From positions 2,867 through 66,866 of the forward strand of contig JAGVFW010000014.1 in NCBI GenBank assembly GCA_020057405.1: 64,000 nucleotides of DNA, in the 5' to 3' direction. The notes under the pieces were generated by a model. The model was not told where the DNA came from. It was given only the letters and a program-made list of their open reading frames with translations, and did not search any database. Positions 1 to 9,842 of the stretch are shown here, in pieces; within the stretch, counting starts at the first letter, position 1, and every line of letters begins with the position of its first letter. Made by a program: the position numbers and the translations under genes. Origin of the DNA: an archaeon (GTDB lineage: Archaea; Micrarchaeota; Micrarchaeia; Norongarragalinales; UBA97).

Positions 1-1084
1 CGGAACCGACATTTACACCACCAACTTCAGCGACTTGCCTGCAGGCAACTACTCACTCCAATGGTTCGCGCGCGACAGCCGCGACAACTGGAACGCCACC
101 CAAGAACGCAATTACACGGTTAACCCGGCTACCGGAACACCCACGCCAACGCCAAGCCCCACTCCCGGCGGAGGAGGCGGGGGTGGCGGAGGAGGAGGCG
201 GTGGAGGCGGAGGAGGCGGGAGCCCCAGCACGCCAACACCAACCCCCAAGCCGGGCGCCAATGGTTCAAACATCTCCCCGACGCCCCAAGTAGGCCCGAC
301 GCCAATCGGCGGCAACCGGCCCGGCGGAGTGGTCTATGACATACCGCGCATCGTCATTAACATTGGCGCAGTCAGGCGAGGCTCATTCCTCGCGTTTAAC
401 CCGACAGGGGATACCCTCACCCTTACGGCCGAAGTGACTGGCTTGGCTCGGGAACTCGTGCGCTTTGACACAACGTCGTTTACCATCTCACCCGGCCAGA
501 GCGCCGAAGTGCAGTACCGCGTGTACGGCAAGCCCACTTTTGAGCCAGGAGAGTACGACACGGCATTCATAGTCAAGACGCTTGGTGGAGAGCAGATAGT
601 CTCGACCCTGCCGGTAAGGATAGTGCTATTGAGGCGGCGCGAAAAGCTCGTCGACGTGTTCATCACCCCGGCGGCCCAGACTTTTGAGCCCGGAAGACCA
701 GTGAATGTTGGCATTGATGTTGAGAACCTGGGCGACCCGGGACGCGTTGACGCGACTTTGACTACTACCCTCTCCGACGCGGGCGGCAAGCGCGTCTACG
801 AGCTCAACGATTCAATCTCGCTTGAGACAAGCGTGCACCTGGACAAACGCCTTGACGAACAGACGTCACTGGGCCCCGGAGTCTACAAGGCATCAGCCAT
901 AGTCACCTACTTTGACCCCGGCCTGCACCAGTGGCGCCAGTCGGGCACGACGCGGCTTATTGCAATCGAGCCAGTGGCACAGCCATTCATCTGGCCCGCA
1001 GTCGCCATTTCCTTCGTCATCCTGGCGGCCCTCTTCTACATCATGCGCCGCTACTGGACCGCCCGGCGCCAAGCACGGGCGTAG
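1..1084 (+). CDS. Cell-surface protein, 5'-truncated: PT/poly-Gly linker, Ig/CARDB-like beta domains, C-terminal TM anchor
   Basis: Frame appears open from the window edge; TPTP repeats and Gly18; ends in hydrophobic helix FIWPAVAISFVILAALFYIM plus basic tail. Confidence 0.75.
   Translation, partial: GTDIYTTNFSDLPAGNYSLQWFARDSRDNWNATQERNYTVNPATGTPTPTPSPTPGGGGGGGGGGGGGGGGGGSPSTPTPTPKPGANGSNISPTPQVGPTPIGGNRPGGVVYDIPRIVINIGAVRRGSFLAFNPTGDTLTLTAEVTGLARELVRFDTTSFTISPGQSAEVQYRVYGKPTFEPGEYDTAFIVKTLGGEQIVSTLPVRIVLLRRREKLVDVFITPAAQTFEPGRPVNVGIDVENLGDPGRVDATLTTTLSDAGGKRVYELNDSISLETSVHLDKRLDEQTSLGPGVYKASAIVTYFDPGLHQWRQSGTTRLIAIEPVAQPFIWPAVAISFVILAALFYIMRRYWTARRQARA
167..220 (+). repeat. Poly-glycine tract (18 GGN codons)
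   Basis: Mixed GGC/GGA/GGG/GGT codons flanked by Pro-Thr repeats. Confidence 0.9.
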
Positions 1085-1118
1085 ACGGTTTAAAACCTTG
1101 AAAAAACACAATAAAACT

Positions 1119-1664
1119 ATGAAACCCACTCCACCGGCTAGCCCGAAGAAGGTCATCTTCATCGGCCGCTTCCAGCCGTTTCATAAGGGCCACGAGGCGG
1201 TCATCCGCGATATCGTAGGCCAGCTTGAGAAGACAGGCGGCAAGCTTACGGTAGGCATCGGCAGCGCAAACGAGAGCCGAAACGAGCGCAACCCCTTCAC
1301 GCTAGCGGAACGCAAGGTGATGCTGGAGTTGGCTCTCTCCGACATCCTCCACAAGATTGACATCATCGCAATCAATGACAAGTACGATGACGCCAAGTGG
1401 ACGGCGCAAGTAAAGTCGCTTGGCGACTTTGACGCATTCGTATCCACTAACAAAAACGTCAAACGCTGCTTGGGCAAGATCGGGGGATTGGCGAAACTCG
1501 AGCACCCCGCCCTGCTTAACCGGGCCGAAGTGCAGGCAAAACACGTCCGCCAAAAGAAAGCCCAGGGCGAGGATATCACCGACTTCGTGCACCCCAAAGT
1601 CGCAGCCTACCTAGACGAAATCAACGCCGAAAGGATAATCCGGGAAAGCGGCGCTTCCGGCTAA
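1119..1664 (+). CDS. nadM: Nicotinamide-nucleotide adenylyltransferase
   Basis: FIGRFQPFHKGH, GIGSA and NPFT..ER motifs; ATG at 1119 preferred over upstream overlapping start. Confidence 0.9.
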   Translation: MKPTPPASPKKVIFIGRFQPFHKGHEAVIRDIVGQLEKTGGKLTVGIGSANESRNERNPFTLAERKVMLELALSDILHKIDIIAINDKYDDAKWTAQVKSLGDFDAFVSTNKNVKRCLGKIGGLAKLEHPALLNRAEVQAKHVRQKKAQGEDITDFVHPKVAAYLDEINAERIIRESGASG

Positions 1665-2413
1665 AGCAGGCAAACCGGCGCCATCACGAGCTTGTGGCGG
1701 CCGGCGGCCATCTTCTTTTCAACTAGTTTTGCCGTCTTTAGCGGCGCGCCGGTCTTCTTGGCCGCCTGGGCAGGCGTCATGCAGTGGTCATTCATCTCAT
1801 GCAGCAGCTTGTCGAGCACGGCGTAAGTGACGCCCAACTCGCCCTCGTCAGTCTGGCCCCTCCAAAGGCCCGCTGTGGGCGGGGCCCGGATTATTGGGTC
1901 GGGAACGCCTAAGTAGACTGCCAGCTCGCGCACTTGCGTCTTGTACAAATCACCGATGGGAAGGAAGTCGACTCCCCCGTCGCCGTATTTCGTGAAGTAG
2001 CCAGTCAAAAGCTCGCTCTTGTTTCCAGTGCCGACAACGAGTAGGCCCAAGGAATTGGCAAAATAGTAGAGCAAGGCCATTCTCGTTCGCGGGCGCAGGT
2101 TGGCGCCGGCGAGTTTTGAGCCCGGCTTGCCCCCGGCTAGGGCAAACGACCTCAAGATTGGCGTGATGCCGACGCTTTTGTACTCTATGCCCAAGCGTTC
2201 AGCATACTTTTCGGCCTGCAAGCTAGCCTGCCAGTCCTCGTTCATCAAAAGCGCCAGCACCCGCGATTTGCCAAGCGCGCGAACGCACAGGGCTGCGACA
2301 ACGGCGGAATCAACGCCGCCGCTTAAGCCCACGACAACGCCCTTGGCGCCGGCGGACTTGACTTGGGTGCGGATGAACGCCTCTAGCTTGCGGGAAATTC
2401 CTGCGGGTTCCAT
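1661..2413 (-). CDS. nadE: NH3-dependent NAD+ synthetase
   Basis: GLSGGVDS, GTGNKSE, GYFTKYGDG, PTAGLW.GQTDE motifs. Confidence 0.95.
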   Translation of the reverse strand: MEPAGISRKLEAFIRTQVKSAGAKGVVVGLSGGVDSAVVAALCVRALGKSRVLALLMNEDWQASLQAEKYAERLGIEYKSVGITPILRSFALAGGKPGSKLAGANLRPRTRMALLYYFANSLGLLVVGTGNKSELLTGYFTKYGDGGVDFLPIGDLYKTQVRELAVYLGVPDPIIRAPPTAGLWRGQTDEGELGVTYAVLDKLLHEMNDHCMTPAQAAKKTGAPLKTAKLVEKKMAAGRHKLVMAPVCLL

Positions 2414-2436
2414 AACTTGGTTTATCGCAGCGTGCT

Positions 2437-3207
2437 TTAAAACAGTTGTTGGCCGGGCACTACGGAGAGGAAAAAGACGACTAGCGCTATTCCCCAAAGC
2501 AAGCGCAGCGTGCGGTTGGTGGAGAAGGGCACGACGAAGAGGACGAAGAGGGCATGCATGACGAAGAGGAAGGGATAAAGCAAGAGAGCCAAGAGCCGGG
2601 CGAGGAACCCGCCTTCTAGCTTGCCCCAGTAGCTGCGGTTAAGGGCCATTCGCGAGACGCGCAAGTCGGGCTTGCTTGGAAACGAGTAGATGGCAAAAGC
2701 GAAGCCCACCCAGACGGCAACGGCTCCCCAGAGCCACTCGGTGACTCCAATGCCGCTTGTCCTAATGACATTAAAGCCGTCCTGCAAGAGCCACAGTGCA
2801 AGCAGGTTGTTGATGAGTAAGGGCGCAATCGAAATTAGCACTGACGAGCTGCCGCGCACGCGCTGGTGCATGACGTGGCCCCCGCGGGGACTCCAGAACA
2901 CGACTTCGGCAACCCAGGCGCCCGAGAGTTTTGCGACAAGGTAGTGGGAGAGCTCGTGCATGATGAGGCCGGGAAAGAACCAGTAGTGCATGTTGAACCC
3001 AAGGCGCATCAGGGCATAGCCCTCGAAAACGTCCTCGTGCGCCTCGTCAAGCGACATTTCGGGCGCGGGCTGCTGTGCCGGGCTCTCTAACGCGTGGGAC
3101 TTTTCGGGCGAATGCGCCTTCTGGCCAGCGTGGTGCTCGTCGGGCGAGTGCTTCTTCTCGTCCGAATGCTTCTCGTCTTGCACTGTCGAGTGGTGCTTGT
3201 CGGCCAT
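2437..3207 (-). CDS. Membrane zinc metalloprotease-like protein (M50/DUF3267-like) with His-rich N-terminus
   Basis: PGLIMHELSH (HExxH), IAPL, PSKPD and several TM helices. Confidence 0.7.
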   Translation of the reverse strand: MADKHHSTVQDEKHSDEKKHSPDEHHAGQKAHSPEKSHALESPAQQPAPEMSLDEAHEDVFEGYALMRLGFNMHYWFFPGLIMHELSHYLVAKLSGAWVAEVVFWSPRGGHVMHQRVRGSSSVLISIAPLLINNLLALWLLQDGFNVIRTSGIGVTEWLWGAVAVWVGFAFAIYSFPSKPDLRVSRMALNRSYWGKLEGGFLARLLALLLYPFLFVMHALFVLFVVPFSTNRTLRLLWGIALVVFFLSVVPGQQLF

Positions 3208-3260
3208 GAGAGGTATTTCCTGAAGTGAGTTTATATTCGTTTGCGGGCATTAATCATTTC

Positions 3261-3578
3261 ATGGAATTCGTTTTTGCCGTGACCGGCGACAAGCAGGGCA
3301 GCCTCAAAAAAGTGCTTGAGGAAGACGCTTACGCCAAGGACTCTTTCGGCACCCTGGGCTACACGCTAAAGGAAAGCAGCTCGGTTGGGCTAAAGGGAGG
3401 CAAGTACATCGTTTTCTTCAAGACCGACGACGCTGCGCTCGCGGCAAAGCTGAAAGAGCGCCTCGCAAAAGTCGAGGGCATCGAGGAGCTTACTGGCGCA
3501 GACAAGGACGCAGTCGTAAGCGCAATCAATGCCGAGGCGGACACTGCCGCAAGCGGTTTTGGCAGCATCTTCGGCTAA
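3261..3578 (+). CDS. Conserved archaeal hypothetical protein
   Basis: Typical codon usage; C-terminal AASGFGSIFG resembles a conserved small archaeal family. Confidence 0.7.
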   Translation: MEFVFAVTGDKQGSLKKVLEEDAYAKDSFGTLGYTLKESSSVGLKGGKYIVFFKTDDAALAAKLKERLAKVEGIEELTGADKDAVVSAINAEADTAASGFGSIFG

Positions 3579-3641
3579 GTCTCAATCCCCGAATTGTTTA
3601 AATAAGATTAGCGCCTGCTTTAGCCGGGAAGTGGGCTATAG

Positions 3642-4862
3642 TTGGACTCAATACTCGTAATTGGCATCATCTTGTTTGCAGGGTTTGCCGCCAACCTTGC
3701 ATTTAGCCGCACCAGAATTTCGCAGGTCCTCCTACTCATTGCGTTTGGCCTCTTCCTTGGCTATGCCCTTGGCTTGGCAGGCACGCCCGCTGCCGCAAGC
3801 CTCGCTTCCTTCACGCCGTTTTTGGGCGCACTTGCACTCATCATCCTGCTTTTTGACGCCGGCATCACACTAGACGTCTTCATGCTAGTGCGCGTGCTTC
3901 CCCGCGCGACTGCATTCACAGTAGCAGTCTTTGCCATCACGGTTGCCGCATGCGCCTCCCTTGCGCACTTTGCGCTCGGCTGGGACTGGCTCTTGGGCGT
4001 GCTTTTGGGCGCGGCCATTGGAGGCAGCAGCTCGGAAATAGTCATGGCGATAGTGAGCAAGGCCGGCGGCGTTGGGGAGTACACGCGCTCGCTCCTTGCC
4101 CTTGACTCTGCTCTCACCGATGACTTGTCCATAATCACGGCCTTTGCCGCAGTGCAATTGCTTGCAGCCAAGGGTACAGTCAGCCTGCAGTCGGCAACCA
4201 GCCTTCTTGCCGCTGCGTTCTCAATTGCCTTGCTTGCGGGCGCCATTGCAGGCCTCGCTTGGCTTTGGGTGCTAAAGCGCCTCTCCAAAAACCACTCGAC
4301 TTACGTCCTCACACTCGCTGCCCTCTTCGTGCTCTACGGCGCAGTCCAAACAATAGGCGGAAGCGGCGGCCTCGCCGTGCTCTCATTCGGCCTGGTGCTT
4401 GGCAACGCCAAGCGCGTTGGTGACTTCTTCAAGTTTGAGGGAGGCTATGGTATGGGCGAACGCATTCCGGAATTCCACGAGGAAGTATCCTTCCTCACGC
4501 GCACTTTCTTCTTCGTCCTGCTTGGCCTGCTCATCAACCCGGCAGGGATAACGCCAGCAATTGCCGCCTTCGCTCTTGCCCTCACTGCCGCCATAGTCGC
4601 CGCGAGGTTAGTTGGCCAAAAACTCTTCCTCTCCGGCCAGCCCGACAGCCGCCTGGTCGTCATGCTCGTCCCCCGCGGCCTGGCGGCAGCAATCATCGCA
4701 GGCATGCCCGCAGCCAGGGGCATTCCCGCACCTGGATTCACTGAAACCGTCCTAGTTGTCATAGTCGCCACCAACATCATCGCAAGCGCCGGCCTCATGC
4801 TCCACCGGCCGGCAAAACCAGGCCCGCGCGTGGTGTCCGCCAGAACCGCCCGCCTCAAATAA
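3642..4862 (+). CDS. Cation:proton antiporter (NhaP/CPA1-like)
   Basis: About 12 TM helices, LFDAG, DSALTD, FFFVLLG, PRGLAA. Confidence 0.88.
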   Translation: MDSILVIGIILFAGFAANLAFSRTRISQVLLLIAFGLFLGYALGLAGTPAAASLASFTPFLGALALIILLFDAGITLDVFMLVRVLPRATAFTVAVFAITVAACASLAHFALGWDWLLGVLLGAAIGGSSSEIVMAIVSKAGGVGEYTRSLLALDSALTDDLSIITAFAAVQLLAAKGTVSLQSATSLLAAAFSIALLAGAIAGLAWLWVLKRLSKNHSTYVLTLAALFVLYGAVQTIGGSGGLAVLSFGLVLGNAKRVGDFFKFEGGYGMGERIPEFHEEVSFLTRTFFFVLLGLLINPAGITPAIAAFALALTAAIVAARLVGQKLFLSGQPDSRLVVMLVPRGLAAAIIAGMPAARGIPAPGFTETVLVVIVATNIIASAGLMLHRPAKPGPRVVSARTARLK

Positions 4863-4943
4863 GTGAGCATCTAGGACACTTGGACGCGCAACGCCAACCC
4901 AAGCGCTCTTTTTTAAAGCGGTTTCCGTAATTGCTAACGGGAA

Positions 4944-5903
4944 ATGATCCGTGCTTTCATCCACACTGGCGGGGACAAAATCAAGGAGACTAGCGACGCC
5001 GACGAGATGGCGCGCGAGATAAAGGCGGCCAAGCACACGATTTGGGTTGACTTTGAAAAGCCCACTGAGAAGGAGCTTGGCTACTTGCACTCGAAATTCG
5101 GCTTCCACCCGCTCACGCACGAGGACGTGATGCACGAGAACCAGCGGCCAAAAATCGACGATTACGACAAGTACGCCTTCATCGTCGTTCGCGGCGTTGG
5201 CGAGGGCGGCGTTGAAGACACTTCGCAGCTCAACATCTACCTTAGCCGGACTTTCATCGTCACGGTCAACAGGCGGCCGATTATGGGCGAGGAGGAAGTC
5301 ATTGCTAAAGTCAGGCGAAACCCGCTCATCCTCAAGCGCGGGCCGGACTTTGTTGCCTACAGCCTGCTTGACGCGGTTGTAGACGAGTTCTTTCCCGTAC
5401 TGCAGGACCTTGACGACAAGCTTGACGACATCGAGGACAGGATTTTCGTCAAGACCGACATCAAGACGCTAGAAAAGCTCTTCAAAATCAAGCGCCGCGT
5501 CATCGCCGTGCGCCGCGTGGCCTGGCCAATGCGCGACATCCTCAACATTCTCGCCCGCCGGGACTTCCGCTTCATCAAAGCCGACAACGCGATTTACTTC
5601 CGCGACGTATACGACCACCTCGTGCGCATTAGCGAAATGACCGACACGCTGCGCGACATGATAACAAGCGGCATGGAAGGCTACCTCAGCGTGATTAGCA
5701 ACAACTTAAACGTCATCATGAAGAAGCTCACCGCAATCACCGCACTCATCATGGTTCCGGCCCTCATCGCCGGCATTTTCGGCATGAACTTCGACAACAT
5801 CCCCGAACTGCACGGCGAGTGGGGATTCTACTGGTCGCTCGTGCTCATGTTCCTTGCGGTCGTCGCAACCTTCGCCTACCTAAAGTGGAACGACTGGGTC
5901 TAA
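4944..5903 (+). CDS. corA: Magnesium/cobalt transporter CorA
   Basis: QRPKID, YFRDVYDH, GIFGMNF signature and two C-terminal TMs. Confidence 0.95.
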   Translation: MIRAFIHTGGDKIKETSDADEMAREIKAAKHTIWVDFEKPTEKELGYLHSKFGFHPLTHEDVMHENQRPKIDDYDKYAFIVVRGVGEGGVEDTSQLNIYLSRTFIVTVNRRPIMGEEEVIAKVRRNPLILKRGPDFVAYSLLDAVVDEFFPVLQDLDDKLDDIEDRIFVKTDIKTLEKLFKIKRRVIAVRRVAWPMRDILNILARRDFRFIKADNAIYFRDVYDHLVRISEMTDTLRDMITSGMEGYLSVISNNLNVIMKKLTAITALIMVPALIAGIFGMNFDNIPELHGEWGFYWSLVLMFLAVVATFAYLKWNDWV

Positions 5904-5940
5904 GGAAAGAAGTTAATTCCTTTCGCCCCCTCAACTAGTG

Positions 5941-6008
5941 TTGTGATGACTCTAATGAGTTCAGACGCCCCCCAAAGGGCGGGTGACGACGACCTTGAGT
6001 TCTGACTT
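5941..6008 (+). ncRNA. Box C/D guide sRNA (dual guide)
   Basis: C box GTGATGA 5943-5949, 12-nt guide, D' CAGA 5962-5965, hairpin CGCCC/GGGCG, C' GTGACGA 5983-5989, 12-nt guide, D box CTGA 6002-6005. Confidence 0.85.
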
Positions 6009-6062
6009 AAAAACACATTAAATTTATATATGTGAAAATACACTGTTTTTAATGGTGATTTC

Positions 6063-6323
6063 GTGAATATCAGCATGCATTTCGAGGGTTACGTTGAGAA
6101 GATTATCGAGGCGGCACTCAAGCAGGGGATTGCCAAGACGAAGGCTGAAGCCTTGAGGCTGGGCCTGCTGGAACTTAACCAGAAGTACGGCCTAGTTGTT
6201 ACTGACATGGAGCAGCGCGAGCTCGAAATGGACTTGGCCGAATTTGACCGAATGGAAAAGCGAATTGCACAAGGAAAAACCAAGCTACACAAGGTCAAGA
6301 GCATCGACGAAATATTTACCTGA
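6063..6323 (+). CDS. Putative type II antitoxin (RHH-like N-terminus)
   Basis: TKAEALRLGL helix, acidic middle; directly upstream of a RelE-like gene. Confidence 0.7.
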   Translation: MNISMHFEGYVEKIIEAALKQGIAKTKAEALRLGLLELNQKYGLVVTDMEQRELEMDLAEFDRMEKRIAQGKTKLHKVKSIDEIFT

Positions 6324-6333
6324 GGCGATTTTC

Positions 6334-6579
6334 GTGGCTTACGAGCTTTTCTATACTGACGAATTCAAGCGAGACGCTAAAGGACTTGATCACTCAATGC
6401 AGCAACGGCTTAGAAAAGTCATTGCCAAGATATGGGAAAATCCTGAGCGCTTCAAGCACTTGGAACAAGGCGTACCACGATTCAGCGTCCGTTTTGAAGT
6501 TTATAGAGTTCTTTACAAAGTAATAAACAACCGCATAGAATTGTTGCGTGTTGGAAAGCGCGATGAAATCTACAGGTAA
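6334..6579 (+). CDS. RelE/ParE family toxin
   Basis: YELFYTDEFKRD, YRVLYKV, VGKRDEIYR; GTG start after GAGGCG. Confidence 0.85.
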   Translation: MAYELFYTDEFKRDAKGLDHSMQQRLRKVIAKIWENPERFKHLEQGVPRFSVRFEVYRVLYKVINNRIELLRVGKRDEIYR

Positions 6580-6600
6580 ACTTGCTTTGGGTCCTTTGGC

Positions 6601-7539
6601 TTAAACTGTCGCCACGCCGACTACGCGCAGGCCCTTGCCGTTTAGGTTGCAGAGCAGCATCTTTTGTTCTGGCCAGTAGGCGATTGGCTTTTCAAAAACT
6701 AGTTTCACGGGCCCCGACTTGCCGGCAGTGATGTCGGCGGCGCACTCAAGCCGGCAGGGGTCAAACTGCATTCCCGCCGAGAGGTGGAAAACCGCGCCGT
6801 TCTTCACCGGGTCGCGGCAGAATTTGGCGACTGCGAGAGTGCACGAGAGTTCCTTTGCGACACTCACGCCCTCCTTTGCGAGGATAGTGCCGCGCTCGAC
6901 GTCACCGGCGACTACGTTCTTTAGTGCCAAGCCCACGCGTCCGCCTGCGCCAGACGCTTCGACGTTCTCGTCGTTCATCTGGATGCTCTTTACCTCGACT
7001 TGCGAACCCGCGGGGTAGGCCGTGAGCTTGTCGTGGATGTGCAGTTCCCCGCTCTTGACTAAACCGAGTGCCACGCTGCCGACTCCCTTCACTTCGAAAA
7101 AGTGGTCGATTGTCACGCGAACTGGTCCGGCAACCGCGGGACTCGCCTGGGTGAGGAGAAATTCCTTTGCCTCATCCAGAGTATCGAAGAAGGGAGCGCT
7201 TGACAAAGAAGTGTTGGAAAGGATGGGCTTTAAGTCGGCTTGCGAGAGAAAAGCGGTTTTCACTCCAAGCAAGTCCGCCGCGACGATGCACTCGCCTAGG
7301 GCGGGGGTGAGTTCGTTGCCAATCACGAGGTTCCAGTCGCAAAGCGAAAGAGAATTTAGCAAGGGCGTCAGCTTGTCGGGATAGCCTGTTGGCTCGACAA
7401 CGGATAGAATCTTGCCTTGGAATACCGTGTGGTAGAAGGTCATGTCGTCGGAGCTGCCTTTTTTGCCGAAAGTGTGCGCCACTTCGGCACGCTTGTCGGG
7501 GAGTGCGCCCGTTACCGCTATGTTGAGACTGGAGTGCAT
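6601..7539 (-). CDS. SelB-like/EF-Tu domain II-III protein with degenerate GTPase domain
   Basis: GKKGSSDDMT, IDHFFEVKGVGSVALG, VKSIQM, RVGLALK; no canonical P-loop. Confidence 0.8.
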   Translation of the reverse strand: MHSSLNIAVTGALPDKRAEVAHTFGKKGSSDDMTFYHTVFQGKILSVVEPTGYPDKLTPLLNSLSLCDWNLVIGNELTPALGECIVAADLLGVKTAFLSQADLKPILSNTSLSSAPFFDTLDEAKEFLLTQASPAVAGPVRVTIDHFFEVKGVGSVALGLVKSGELHIHDKLTAYPAGSQVEVKSIQMNDENVEASGAGGRVGLALKNVVAGDVERGTILAKEGVSVAKELSCTLAVAKFCRDPVKNGAVFHLSAGMQFDPCRLECAADITAGKSGPVKLVFEKPIAYWPEQKMLLCNLNGKGLRVVGVATV

Positions 7540-7613
7540 AGTAATTCCAAAAGATTTGTCAGCAAAAGGGCTAATAAATACAGGCTTTGCGTAATTTGTT
7601 GCGGTGCCACTTA

Positions 7614-8621
7614 ATGGACGTAACCGGCGAAGTGCTGATGTTCCTGTTTTTCCTCGGCCTGTCGGCCACGTTTGGCATGACTGAAACCGCTTTTGTTTCA
7701 GTCAACCTCTTGCGCGCAAAGCGCCTCAAGATGATGAAGGCGGCGGGCGCCGAGGCGCTAGTGCGCCTGCGGGAAAACCCGCGCAACGTGCTTGCGACGA
7801 TACTTTTGTGGAACAACGCGTCAGCCGTCACCGCATCGGCAATAGCCACCCTCATTTTCACGAACGCTTTTGGCGAGCAATCGCTTATCCTCGCGGTAGG
7901 CTCGGTGACGCTCCTCCTACTCCTCTTCGGCGACATAACGCCAAAGACCTTCGCTACCGCCCACGCCGACAGGATAGCCTTGTTGGTCGCCCCATCCCTC
8001 GAAGTGCTGACGGCGATAAGCAACCCTATTGTATCGCCCCTTGAAGCAATTGCGCGCGTTCTAACCCGCTCGGGCAAGGAACTGAAAACCCCGCTTTTAA
8101 CCGAAGACGACCTTGACGCGCTCGTGCTGATTGGCGTCGAGGAAGGAACGGTTGGGCAAAACGAGGCGAGGCTGGTTCGCGACGCGCTCGACTTTAACGA
8201 CCACCTAGCCAAGCAAGTCATGACGCCTACTGCAGAAATCGAGTACTTCCCGGAAGCAATTACTGTTTCAAAGGCCCTGGCTCAGGCGACCTCGTCGCCG
8301 CACTACCGTTTTCCAGTCCGCGACAAGCATGGCAAGATAATCGGGGTTGTCACTGAAAAGGGCCTCCTTAGCGCAAGCGGCAAGGGCCTGGGCAAGGCGA
8401 GGGTGACGACAATCATGCTCTCGCCCATCATGGTTGGGAAAGACACGCCAATCAGCCACGTCTTCGAGCTATTCCAAAAACGCAACCGCCAGATGGCAAT
8501 GGTAACCAACGAACACAGCCACGTCATTGGCATCATCACCCTCGAGGACATCATCGGCAAGCTCGTCGACGACCTGCGCAACTTCGACACGCCGAGGCTG
8601 GCCTCAGGCGGGGACATCTAA
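7614..8621 (+). CDS. CNNM/CorB-like membrane protein (DUF21 plus CBS pair)
   Basis: ETAFVS, LATILLWNN, FGDITPKTFA, CBS domains with GIITLEDI. Confidence 0.9.
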   Translation: MDVTGEVLMFLFFLGLSATFGMTETAFVSVNLLRAKRLKMMKAAGAEALVRLRENPRNVLATILLWNNASAVTASAIATLIFTNAFGEQSLILAVGSVTLLLLLFGDITPKTFATAHADRIALLVAPSLEVLTAISNPIVSPLEAIARVLTRSGKELKTPLLTEDDLDALVLIGVEEGTVGQNEARLVRDALDFNDHLAKQVMTPTAEIEYFPEAITVSKALAQATSSPHYRFPVRDKHGKIIGVVTEKGLLSASGKGLGKARVTTIMLSPIMVGKDTPISHVFELFQKRNRQMAMVTNEHSHVIGIITLEDIIGKLVDDLRNFDTPRLASGGDI

Positions 8622-8636
8622 AAAGGGCAATCAGCC

Positions 8637-9542
8637 ATGAAGCTCCCCGTCGTCGCTCTTGCGGCGCTTTTTTCCCTCCTACTCGCCGGATGTGTTTCAC
8701 CCCCTGCAGCCTACGACCAGTTTTATGTCGGGTCGGACAACTTGCTGGCTGTTTCGGCCGACAGGGGACCCCTAGAGGTGACGCAAACGCCGGTCGAGTC
8801 GGCTGACGCTAACTTCAGCGTGACGAAAATTGTTTTTACAAGCGCCGACGGAAGCAAAGTGTACGCCCTCCTTGACATTCCGCTGCAAAACGGCAAGCCC
8901 GTCAGAAAAGCGCCGGCTGCAGTGTTCATGCCGGGCTTGGGTGTTTCAAAGGAGGGCGGCAACGTCGGGGTTGGCAAGGCACTCGCAGACGCGGGCTTTG
9001 TCGTAATCGTGCTTGACCAGCGCGGCGTTGGGGAAACCGGCGGTACCAGCCTGTCGCTTAACGCCGACTACGCAGAGTTTGCCGCTGGCAACTACTCGAG
9101 CCAGCACCTGATGGTGTTCGACTACCTGCGGGCGTTTGACTATTTGGCCCTTAGGCCCGAAGTAGACGCGGGCAAAATAGTTTTTACCGGAGAGAGCCAC
9201 GGCGGCAGGGTCGCGATAATGGCCGGGGCTCTAGAACCAAAAGCCAGGGGCGCACTCGTAATCAGCACGGCCGGCTATGAATTTATTTCCCCGCCGGTTG
9301 AGGCGCAGCAATACCTCGCTTCAGTGAACCCCGACGCTTACGTGGGCAAGCTAACGCCTAGGAAAATTGTCTTTCTGCATTCACCAAACGACAAGGGCGT
9401 TCCCATGGCCGACGCGAGAAGGACGTTCTCCTACGCGGACGAGCCCAAGGAGTTCATTGAAATTGCGTGCGAATTCCACGGTTACTGCACGCAAGTTTCC
9501 GGCACGGTCGTGCAAAAGGCAGGCGAGCTGGCCGCAAACTAG
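8637..9542 (+). CDS. Lipoprotein alpha/beta hydrolase
   Basis: LLAGC lipobox, DQRGVG, GESHGG nucleophile elbow. Confidence 0.85.
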   Translation: MKLPVVALAALFSLLLAGCVSPPAAYDQFYVGSDNLLAVSADRGPLEVTQTPVESADANFSVTKIVFTSADGSKVYALLDIPLQNGKPVRKAPAAVFMPGLGVSKEGGNVGVGKALADAGFVVIVLDQRGVGETGGTSLSLNADYAEFAAGNYSSQHLMVFDYLRAFDYLALRPEVDAGKIVFTGESHGGRVAIMAGALEPKARGALVISTAGYEFISPPVEAQQYLASVNPDAYVGKLTPRKIVFLHSPNDKGVPMADARRTFSYADEPKEFIEIACEFHGYCTQVSGTVVQKAGELAAN

Positions 9543-9555
9543 GGGGGAGGGCCGC

Positions 9556-9768
9556 CTAACGCTTTTGCTTTAATCGCTTTTGCGCCCTGAAACCCTCAAG
9601 CGCCTTGACGCTCTCGAATTCTATGGGCATAACCCTCCGGCCGCACTCGGCGCAAGTTACGAGCCCGAGGCCCGTGCCGCCCATCGCATCAAGAGCCGCA
9701 AAAGCGCCACCGCTAACCCACTGCAGGTTGACCGAACCGCAAGCGGGGCAGGCGCGAATTCTCTCCAC
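9556..9768 (-). CDS. Small zinc-ribbon protein
   Basis: CPACGS and CAECG motifs; fills the gap between genes. Confidence 0.7.
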   Translation of the reverse strand: MERIRACPACGSVNLQWVSGGAFAALDAMGGTGLGLVTCAECGRRVMPIEFESVKALEGFRAQKRLKQKR

Positions 9769-9842
9769 GGCATTAGTTGGGCTACGAGTGAACTTAAGGG
9801 CAAGGGTTTTTCTACTTTAGTCCCTTTATTCATCAAGTGGCG

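Noticed and set aside
912-1118. N-terminal extension of nadM in the ORF track
   Set aside because: Overlaps the upstream CDS; ATG at 1119 follows a TATA-like TTTAAA
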